DNA of 64,000 nucleotides from the human T2T-CHM13v2.0 reference genome, Homo sapiens: NCBI GenBank assembly GCA_009914755.4, contig CP068257.2, positions 23,744,001 to 23,808,000 of the forward strand, read 5' to 3'. Shown piece by piece: positions 55,075 to 64,000 of this stretch (position 1 is its first letter; each line of letters starts with the position of its first letter). The notes under the pieces were generated by a model. It saw only the letters and a program-made list of their open reading frames with translations, ran no database searches and was not told where the DNA came from. The position numbers and the translations under genes were made by a program.

Positions 55075-55930
55075 ATGAAGATCATCGAGATTCAGGAGAG
55101 TGGCAAAGCCCAATCCAAGGAAACTAAAAACCACAATAAAATGATACAGAAGATGAAAGATGAAATAGCCAGTATATATAAGAACCTGAGAGAGCTGACA
55201 GAGCTGAGAAACACACTAAAAGAATTTCACAACACAATTACAAGTATTAATAGCAGAACAGACCAAGCTAAAGAAAGAAAATTAGAACTTGAAGCCTGGT
55301 TCTCTGAAATAAGACAGTCAGACAAAAATAAAGAAAAAACAATGAAAAGGAATGCACAAAACCTCCAAGAAATATGGAATCGTGTAAAGAGGCCAAATAT
55401 ATGAATCACTGGCATCCCTAAAAGGGACGAGGGGAAAGCAAACAACTTAAAAAACATATTTTAGGATATCGTCTATGCAAACTACCTCACCTTGCTAGAG
55501 AGGCCAAAAGTCAAACTCAGGAAATACAGAGAACCCCTGCAAGATTCTCCCCAACACACATAATCATCAGAATTTTCCAAGGTTGAAATGAAAGGCAGAA
55601 TGATAAAGACAGCTAGAGAGAAAGGGCAGGTCACCTGCAAAAAGAGAACACCATCAGGATAACAGCAAATCTCTCAGCTGTAACCCTACAAGCAAGAAGA
55701 GATTGGGAGCCTATATTCAACATTTTTAAGGAAGAAATCTTCAACCAAGAATTTCACATCAAGCCAAACTAAGCTCCCTAAGCAAAGGAGAAGTAAGATC
55801 CTTTTCAGATAAGCAAATGATAAGAGAGTTTATTACCACCAGACCTGCCTTACAAGAGATCTTGAAAGCACTAAATATAGAAAGAAAAGACCACTACCGG
55901 CCAATACAAAAACACTTAAATACACAGACC
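55075..55930 (+). pseudogene. L1 ORF1 remnant (older L1)
   Basis: N-terminal coiled-coil-like 109-aa frame, then C-terminal ORF1 strings (...RIFQG*NERQNDKDS*RERAGHLQKENTIRITANLSAVTLQARRDWEPIFNIFKEEIFNQEFHIKPN) in shifted frames. Confidence 0.7.
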
Positions 55931-55987
55931 AGTAACACTATAAAGCACAATACAAACAAACCAGCATAGTAACCAGCTAACAACACA

Positions 55988-58900
55988 ATGAAAAGATCAA
56001 AACCACACATGTCAATACTAACCCTGAATATAAACAGGCTAAATGGCTCCATTTAAACGGTACAGAATGGCAAGCTGGATAAAAAGGCAAAACTCAATGG
56101 TATGCTGCAAGAGACCAATCTCACACATAATGACACCCAAAGGCTCAAAATAAAAATAAAAAAATGGAGGCAAATCTACCAAGCAAGTGGAAATCAGAAA
56201 AAATCAGGGGTTGAAATCCTAATCTTAGACAAAACAGACTTTAAATCAATAAGGCTTTTAAAAAAAAGACAAAGAAGGGCATTACATAATGTAAAGAGTT
56301 CAATTCAACAAGAGTTCAATTCAACAATTTAACTATCCTAAATACATGTGCACCCAACATAGGGGCATCCAGATTAATAAAGCAAGTTCTTAGAGTCATA
56401 CAAAGAGACTTAGACTCCCACACAATAATAGAGACTTCAACATTCCACTGAAAGTATTAGACAAATCATTGAGGCAGAAAATTAACAAAGATATTCATGA
56501 CCTGAACTCAACATTGGACCAAATGGATCTGCTAGACCTGTACAGAACTTTCCACCCAAAAACAACAGAATATACATTCTTCTCATCGCCACATGGCACA
56601 CACGCTAAAATTGACCACATAATTGGACATAAAACAATCCTCAGCAAATGCAAAAAAAATTATACCAAACACACTCTTGGACCACAGTGCAATAAATATA
56701 GAAGTCAAGACTAAAAAAAAAATTGCCCCAAACCATGTAATTACATGGAAATTAAACAACATGTTCCTGAATGACTTTTGGGTACATAATGAAATTAAGT
56801 CAGATGTCAAGAAATTATTTGAAACTAATGAGAACAAAGCTACAACATACCGGAATATCTGGGATACAGCTAAGGCAGTGTAAAGAGGGAAGTTTATAGC
56901 ACTAAACACCCATGAAAAAAAGTTAGAAAGATTTCAAATTAACAAGCTAACATCACAGATGAAAGAATTAGAGAAGCAAGAGCAAATCAATCCCAAAGTT
57001 AGCAGAAGACAAGAAATAACAAAAATCAGACCTAAACTGAAGGAAATTGAAACCAAAAAACCCTTAAAAGATCAATGAATCCAGGAACTGGAATTTTGAA
57101 AAAATTACTAACATAGAGCACTAGCTAGACTAATAAAGAAAAAAAGAGAATAAATCCAAATAAACACAATTAGAAATGATGGAAAGGATACACCACTGGC
57201 CCCACAGAAATAAAGATAACCATCAGAAACTACTGCAAACACCTCTACACACACACACTAGAAAACCTAGAAGATATGGATAAATCCCTGGAAACATATG
57301 CTTTCCCAAGGCTGAGCCAGAAAGAAATCGATTCCCTGCACAAACCAATAATGAGCTCTGAAACTGAATGAATAATAAATAGCCTACCAAGAAAAATAAA
57401 AAGGACAAGATGGATTCACAGTAGAATTCTACCAGATGTACAGAGAGAGCTGGTACCATTCCTACTGAAACTATCACCAAAAATTGAGGAAAGGGGACTC
57501 CTCCCCAACTCATTCCATGAGGCTAGCATTATCCTGATACCAAAACCTGGCAGAGACACAACGAAAAAAGAAAACTTCAGGCCAATATCCTTGATGAACA
57601 TTGATGCAAAACCAACATCCTTGATGAACACTGATGCAAAAATCCTCAACAAAATACTTGTAAACAAAACGCAGCAGCACATCAAAAAGCTAGTCTACCA
57701 CAGTCAAGTAAACTTCATCCTTGGGATGCAAAGTTGGTTCAATGTACACAAACCAATAAATCTAATTCATCACATAAACAGAACTAAAGGAAACAAACAT
57801 GATTATCTCCATAGATGCAGTAAAAGTTTTTGATAAAATTCAACATCTCTTCGTGTTAAAAACTCTCAATTCACTAAATATTGAAGGAATATACCTCAAA
57901 ATAATAAGAGCCACCTACAACAAACCCACAAACGACAGCATACTGAACAGGGAAAAGCTGAAATCATTCCCCTGGAAAACTGGCACAACACAAGAACGCC
58001 CTCCCTCACCACTCCTGTTCAACATATTATTGGAAGGTCTGGCCAGAACAATCAGGCAAGAGAAAGAAATAAAGCATATTTAAATAGGAAGAGAAGAATT
58101 AAAAGTATCCGTTTTTGCAAATGACATGTTTTTATATCTAGAAAACCCCATAGTCTCAGCCTAAAATCTCCTTCAAATGATAAACAACTTCAGCAATGTT
58201 GCAGGATACAAAATCAATGTACAAAAATCACTAGCATTTCTATACACCAACAACAGCCTAGCTGAGAGCCAAATCAGGAATTGAATCCCATTCACAATTA
58301 CCACAAAAAGAATAAAATATCTAGGAATACAGCAAACCATGGAGGTGAAAGATCTCTACAATGGGAATTCCAAAGTGCTGCTCAAAGAAATCAGTGATGA
58401 CACACACAAAAAATATGAAAACATCCCATGGTCATGGACAGGAAGAATCAATATCATTAAAATGGCCATACTGCCCAAAGCAATTTACAGATTCAACGCC
58501 ATTCCTGTCAAACTACCAGTGACATTCTTCACAGAACTAAGAAAAAAAAACTATTTTAAAATTTATATGGAACCAAAAGAGGGCCCAAATGGCCAAGGCA
58601 ATCCTAAATGAAAAGAACAAAACTGGAGGCATCATGTTACCCAACTCCAAACTATACTATGTGGCTACAATAACCAAAACAGTATGGTACTGGTACAAAA
58701 ACAGACACATAGACCAATGGAACAGAATAGAGAGCCCAGAAACAAGCCCACACACCTATGACTGTCTTTGACAAAGCTGACAAAAACAAGCAATGGGGAA
58801 AGGACTCCCTATTAAATAAATGGTGCTGGGATAACAGGCTAGTCATAAGCAGAAGATTGAAACTGGACTCCTTTTTTACATCATATACAAAAATCAACTC

Positions 58901-59850
58901 AAGATAAATTAAAGATTTAAATGTAGAACCCAAAAACTATAAAAACCCTAGACAACTTAGGCAATACCATCCTGGACACAGGAATGGGCAAAGATTTTAT
59001 GACAAAGACAGTAAAAGCAATCATAACAAAAGCAAAAATTAACAAATGGGATCTAATTAAACTTAAGAGCTTCTGTACAGCAAAAGAAACTATCAACAGA
59101 GTAAACAGACAACCTACAGAATGGGAGAAAATATTTGCAAACTATGCATCTGGCAAAGGTCTAATATCCAACATCTGTAAGGAACTTAAACAAATTTACG
59201 GAAAAAAGCAAACAATCCCATTGAAAAGTGGACAAAAGACATAAACAGGTATTTTTCTAGAAAAGACATACATGCAGCCAAAAAGCATATTTTAAAAAGC
59301 TCAGTATTGCTGATCATTAGAGAAATGCAAATTAAAACCACAATGAGATATTGTCTCACACCAGTCAGAATGGTTATTATAAAAAAGTCGAAAACTTACA
59401 GATGCTGGCAAGGATGTGAAGAAAAAGGAACACTTATACACTATTGGTGGTAACGTAAATTAGCGCAACCATTGTGGAAAGCAATACGGTGGTTTCTCAA
59501 AGAGCTAAAAGCAGAACCACTGTTGGACACAGCAATTCCATTACTGGGTATATACCCAGAGGAATATAAATCATTCTACCATAAAGACACACGCATGTAA
59601 ATGTTCATTGCAGCACTATTCACAATAGCAAAGATATGGAATCAACCTAAATGCCCAACAATGACAGATTGGATCAAGAAGATGTAGTACACATACACCA
59701 TGGAATACTATGCAGCTATAAAAGAGAATGAGATAATGTCTCTTGCAGAACATAGATGGAGCTGGAGGATATTATCCTAGGCAAACTAATGCAGGAACAG
59801 AAAACCAAATACCACATGCTCTCACTTATAAGTGGGAGCTAAATGAGGAG
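55988..59850 (+). pseudogene. L1 ORF2 remnant (older L1), heavily frameshifted
   Basis: Consecutive ORF2-derived fragments in all three + frames. Contains an internal 25-bp tandem duplication at 57587-57642. Confidence 0.8.
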
Positions 59851-60439
59851 AACTCATGAACATAAAGGGAACAACAGACATTAGGGCCTATTTCAGGGTA
59901 GAGGGTGGGAAGAAGGAGAGGAGGAGAAAAAAATAGCTATTGGGTACTAGGCCTAGCACCTAGGTGATAAAATTATCTGTACAACAAACCCCCATGACAC
60001 GAGAGCTTACCTATAAAACAAACCTGCACATGTACTCTCGAATCTAAATTAAAAGTTTAAATAGTAGAAAATCACAAAATTTAAAAAAAGAAAATAGCCA
60101 TACTTACCATGCTTATGGATTTGCTGGTGTTCATACTTCTTAAGGGTAGAATATTTTAAACAATTGGGAGAGGAATGGGACCAGGTAGGAGCTTCCCTTT
60201 GGCATAGCTTCCATTCCATAGAAAAAGAAGAATCAAACAAGAAGGACAAAACACCCAATGAAGCGATCCATTGATGTGCTTTGTGTAAACGCAATTGAAA
60301 GCTTAGAATCCAAATATTTTATGAGCACAAAGTGTAAGATAATCACCAAACATGGACTAAGCCTTTGAACTTTGGATAAATATTTTTTAATCTTTGATAG
60401 ACTTCCATCTACAGGCAGAAATAAAAACAAAAGTCAATT

Positions 60440-60880
60440 TGGTATTGATCAATTGCTAAGTTTTCACTGGAAATTTCAACTAAAGGTAACTCACTTTTAT
60501 AAAAATATGAACAAATTAAAACCAAAATTAGTAGAAAGAGTGAAGTAATAAAGCTCAGAACAGAAATAAATGAAATAAAGATTTTTAAATAATTTATAAG
60601 ATCAACAAAATAGTTATTTTTTGAAAAGATGAACAAAATTGACTAACATTTATATAGAATAACTAAGATAAAATTGAAAAGACTCAAATAAATAAAATCA
60701 GAGGTGAAAAAGAAGACATTTTGACCAACACTAAAGAAATACAAACGATCATAAGAAGGTATCATGAGTGGCTATATGTAAACAAAACTGAAAACATAGA
60801 AGAAATGAATAAATTTTGTTACACATACAACCTACTAAGGTTAAATTATCCTTTCTGATCCAAAAAAATAGAATATTAAG
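60440..60880 (+). mobile_element. Old L1M-type ORF2 fragment (region between EN and RT domains)
   Basis: Translation fragments ...RVK**SSEQK*MK*RFLNNL*DQQNSYFLKR*TKLTNIYIE*LR*N*KDSNK*NQR*KRRHFDQH*RNTNDHKKVS*VAICKQN*KHRRNE*ILLHIQPT. Compare L1 ORF2 ...[94 protein letters not shown]. Highly diverged; boundaries approximate. Confidence 0.5.
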
Positions 60881-62361
60881 AGCAAAAATTATGTAGAATG
60901 TCTGGGACATTTTTCATTTGGATTAATTCACTTTGAATTAAAATAACAGCAACTAAAAGTCATCTGAGGATTCAGTGATAATTCAAATTGCATTTTAGTT
61001 CTAAAGCAATTAACTTTCAAAACTCTCAGTTTTAGAAGGAAACACTATCAAATGGACATGCTGCCTAGGATGGTGCCTTTAGACGAAGGGGCTGAGTAAA
61101 CATTCGATGAATTAATACATGCATTTTGAAATTGATAGTTGCACAGACTATGTTTTGTAAACTGGAGTGTTATAATATGGGAGCTCAATGTATTCAGTTG
61201 AAATTCCTGACTTAGCTACGTACTGTTTGTATAAACTTGAACATTTACTTAATTTTGTTAAGCTGCAGGTCCTACTGTAAAAATATGGGTAAACATTTAA
61301 GTACCTCTCAGGATTTTTTGAGAAGTAAGTAGGTGGCCCACAATAAATAATTTGCATTGTTTTTGGTCAGCAGTAGGCTTTAAAAATCAAATACTATTAT
61401 TAAATAGTAAAATTATGTAAATCTGTATGCTAAATATTAATTTCATGCTTCAGTTCATTTTATTTTGTAATATTTGGATTTTAATGTCTCAACTAGTCCC
61501 CAAAGGAGTGGAATGCAAAATTTGAAGTCTTCTTTGAGTAAATGAACTGTATAAATCTCAATGTCAAGTTTGTTTAAAAAATTGAATTGCTGTGTGACCG
61601 ACAAATGTCTTGCAAATATCTTTTAGTCTTTCATTTTCCCATTTTCAGTGTTTTCACTCCTTCCTCTCTCCTCTCTGGCTCCATTTACACACATTTTAAG
61701 AAATAAAAGCAATATATTAAAAAATGAGGCTGTGTCCTGCAGGGATGGGTGCTGCTGAGATCAGGTAAAATGAGTAAAAGGGATGCCAAGCACTTTGCCA
61801 GACACATGTTGGTCATTCACCAACTGACGCAAAACTCAATGCCAAGTGGTTGAACGCTTAGCCACAGAACATACTGAGACTCTACTGCTGATCTTCCTGT
61901 GGTAAGACAGAAAGGGAAGCCCAAAGAAGAGAGTTACATGTTCCCTCCCTGTGAAATTCATCCCTTTTCAATAATCCCTCGGGGAACTGCCCAGCCCCTC
62001 ATCTGTCCAGTTTTTGGTCAGGCATGACCTTCTTTAACATTTATAGAGATTTACTGTCTCAGATACTATTCTAAATGCTTAAGTGTATGAAATCATTTAA
62101 CCTTTACCACAATCCCATGCAGAAGATCTAATTACTACCCCATTTTACAGATGAAGAAAATGAGGCACAGAGAGGTTAAGTTTCTTGCCCTGCATCACAG
62201 TGAAGTGGCAGAGCAGAGATTCAAACCTAGGCATTCTGATGCAAGGATTTGTGCTTTCATCATCTTACCATCTCTGCAAAGCCTTCACCAATTGCCTCAA
62301 GCATATTTTACTGTAATTCCTCCATACTCACTTGGAATACATTTGTTTTCATAAATGTCTA

Positions 62362-62670
62362 GAGCATCACTGTCCAATAGAAATAAAATGTGAGTGATGT
62401 GAGCCACATACATAATTTTGAATGTTCTAGTAGCCACATTTTAAAAAATTAAATGGAACAGGTGAAAATAATTTTAAAGCTATACTTTATTGAACCCAAT
62501 TGTGATGTTTAGTTTTATGTACCAACCTGGCTACCCTATTGTGTCCAGTTGCTTGGTTGAACAAAAGCCTAGATGGCACAATAAAATATTTTTCAGATGT
62601 GATTAACAATTAAATCTGTATAGTAGATTACACTCCATATTGTGCATGGGCCACATCCAATCAGTTGAAG
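62362..62670. mobile_element. Second copy of the palindromic DNA-transposon-like repeat seen at 4952-5272 (3' part degraded)
   Basis: agagcatcactgtccaatagaaataaaatgtgagtgatgtgagccacatacataattttgaatgttctagtagccacattttaaaaaattaaatggaacaggtgaaaataattttaa...tttattgaacccaat... Compare copy 1: gcagtgctacccaacagaaatacgtcagctgcaaacaaaaactacacatttttaaattttccagtagccacatttaaaaagtaaggagaagctgatgaacttattttaatcatatattttatttaactgaatat. Confidence 0.35.
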
Positions 62671-62698
62671 GCCTTAAGAGCTAAGACTGTAACATAGA

Positions 62699-63000
62699 GG
62701 CTGGTGTGGTGGCTCATGCCTGTAATCCCAACACTTTGAGAGGATGAGGCAGGAGGATCACTTATGCCCAGAAGTTCAAGACCAGTCTGGGCAACACAGT
62801 GAGACCCTCCCATCTCTAAAAAAAAATGTTTTAAATTAGCCAGGCATGGTGTCATGTGCCAGTTGTCCCAGCTATTCAGGAGGCTGAGGTGGCAGGATCA
62901 CTTGAGCCTGGTAGGTTGAGGCTGTAGTGAGACATGATTGTGCCACTGCACTCAGCCTGGGCAAAAGAGTGAGATCCTATTTCAAAAAAAAAAAAAAAAA
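62699..63000 (+). mobile_element. AluJ-like SINE with 14-bp TSD
   Basis: ggctggtgtggtggctcatgcctgtaatcccaacactttgagaggatgaggcaggaggatcacttatgcccagaagttcaagaccagtctgggcaacacagtgagaccctcccatctc...ttagccaggcatggtgtcatgtgccagttgtcccagctattcaggaggctgaggtggcaggatcacttgagcctggtaggttgaggctgtagtgagacatgattgtgccactgcactcagcctgggcaaaagagtgagatcctatttc + A17. J-diagnostic gggcaacacagtgagaccc. TSD aagactgtaacata at 62683-62696 and 62999-63012. Confidence 0.9.
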
Positions 63001-63045
63001 GACTGTAACATAAAAAATTTACCTGTATTATCTTTGCTAGGACTT

Positions 63046-63396
63046 TGTATTAGTCCATTTTCACACTGCTATAAACAACTGCCTAAGACTGGGTTATTTA
63101 TAAAGGAAAGAAGTTTAATTGACTCACAGTTCCACCTCGCTGGGGAGGCCTCAGGAAACTTACAATCATAGCAGAAGGTGAAGGGGAAGCAAGCACCTTC
63201 TTCACAAGGTAGCAGGGAACAGGTGTAGGGGACTGCCAAACACTTTTAAACCATCAGATCTAGTGAGAATTCATTCACTATCATGAAAATAGCATGGGGA
63301 AACTGCTCTTTGATTCAATCACCTCCCTCAACACAGAGGAATTACAATTTAAGATGAGATTTGGGTGGGGACACAGAGGAAATCCATATTATTCCA
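63046..63396 (-). mobile_element. THE1/MST-type LTR (3' LTR of a minus-strand MaLR element)
   Basis: tgtattagtccattttcacactgctataaacaactgcctaagactgggttatttataaaggaaagaagtttaattgactcacagttccacctcgctggggaggcctcaggaaacttacaatcatagcagaaggtgaaggggaagcaag...caaacacttttaaaccatcagatctagtgagaattcattcactatcatgaaaatagcatgggg...ggaattacaatttaagatgagatttgggtggggacacag is the reverse complement of a THE1/MST LTR. ORF 63294..63476 lies inside it and is spurious. Confidence 0.85.
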
Positions 63397-64000
63397 CCAC
63401 TGGCCCCTCCAAAATCTCATGTCCTTTTCAATTTCAAAACCAATCATGCCTTCCCAACAGTTTCCCAAAGTCTTAACTCATTCCAGCATTAACCCAAAAG
63501 TCCAAGTCCAAAGTCTCATCTGAGACAAGGCAAGTCCCTTCCACACAGGAGCCTGTAAAATCAAAAGCAAGTTAGTTACTTCCAAGATGCAATGGGGGTA
63601 CAGTCATTCCTGTTCCAAATGCCAAAACAAAGGAGCCATAGGCCCCATGCATGTCCAAAACTCAGCAGGGCATTCATTCAATCTTGAAGCTTCAAAATAA
63701 TTTCCTTTGACTCCACGTCTCACATCCAGGGCATGCTGATACAAGAAGTGGGCTCCCAGAACCTTGGGTAGCTCCACCCCTGTGGCTCTGCAGGATACAA
63801 CCCCCACAGCTGCTTTCACGGGCTGGTGTTGAGTGCCTGTGGCTTTTCCAGGAGCACGGAGCAAGCTGTCAGTGGATCTACCTTTCTGGGGTCTGGAGGA
63901 TGGTGGCCCTCTTGTTATAGCTCCACTAGGCAGTGCCCCAGTGAGAACTCTGTATGGGGGCTCCAACCCCACATTTCCCCTCTACATTGCCCTAGTATAA
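63397..64000 (-). mobile_element. MaLR (THE1/MST) internal region, minus strand, continuing beyond the window edge
   Basis: ...tctcatgtccttttcaatttcaaaaccaatcatgccttcccaacagtttcccaaagtcttaactcattccagcattaacccaaaagtccaagtccaaagtctcatctgagacaaggcaagtcccttccacacaggagcctgtaaaatcaaaagcaagttagttacttccaagatgcaatgggggtacag... is the reverse complement of the 3' part of the MaLR internal sequence. It matches, in reverse complement, the internal region at 16800-17010. ORF 63604..63972 (-) is spurious. Confidence 0.8.

Larger units (their letters stand above)
54440..60095 (+). mobile_element. Older L1 (L1PB/L1MA-like) LINE, roughly full-length (about 5.6 kb): 5' region, ORF1 and ORF2 remnants, 3' UTR
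   Basis: ORF1-like ORF 55075..55404 (MKIIEIQESGKAQSKETKNHNKMIQKMKDEIASIYKNLRELTELRNTLKEFHNTITSINSRTDQAKERKLELEAWFSEIRQSDKNKEKTMKRNAQNLQEIWNRVKRPNI). ORF2 from atgaaaagatcaaaaccacacatgtcaatactaaccctgaatataaacaggctaaatggctcc (55988). EN/RT/C-terminal strings: 56469..56714 (MRQKINKDIHDLNSTLDQMDLLDLYRTFHPKTTEYTFFSSPHGT), 57799..58083, 58339..58611, 58984..59244. 3' end ...ggtactaggcctagcacctaggtgataaaattatctgtacaacaaacccccatgacacgagagcttacctataaaacaaacctgcacatgtactc... + A-rich. The 5' boundary is approximate; 53803-54440 may include more of the 5' region. Confidence 0.85.

Overview
This window is hominoid (human-like) nuclear DNA, not a prokaryotic locus. It is visibly AT-rich and CpG-depleted. 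By my reading, roughly 40-45% of it is recognisable interspersed repeat.

Repeat content:
- Eight Alu SINEs (AluY, AluS and AluJ types), five of them with readable target-site duplications (TSDs).
- Several L1 LINE copies. Two are about 5.7 kb and near full-length, in tandem on the + strand at 47.8-60.1 kb. A complex L1 pile-up covers 14.4-23.4 kb.
- Endogenous-retrovirus LTR elements of the ERVL-MaLR group (THE1-type, MST-type and MLT1-type LTRs) at five sites.
- MIR fragments, simple and low-complexity repeats, and a small ERV1-class pol remnant.

I find no operon structure, no CRISPR array and no intact protein-coding gene. Every long ORF in the six-frame track lies inside a repeat (Alu, L1 or MaLR) or a low-complexity tract, and the L1 ORF1 and ORF2 are multiply interrupted by stops and frameshifts. 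I cannot support any host exon from sequence alone. Small spliced exons would not be visible to this kind of reading. The hinted undescribed biological system is not supported.

The most interesting signals are structural:
- A full-length MaLR provirus-like insertion inside an L1 ORF2, bounded by a perfect 5-bp TSD but carrying two clearly different LTRs.
- A 1.3-kb unclassified tandem-repeat block sandwiched between overlapping L1 3' fragments.
- A nested solo LTR inside an older LTR, with its TSD.
- A gammaretrovirus-like pol remnant identified by translation (NCLD...WTDGS).
- A probably young AluY with an intact 13-bp TSD and a pure 21-nt A tail.

All repeat family names are from memory of consensus sequences and should be confirmed with RepeatMasker/Dfam.
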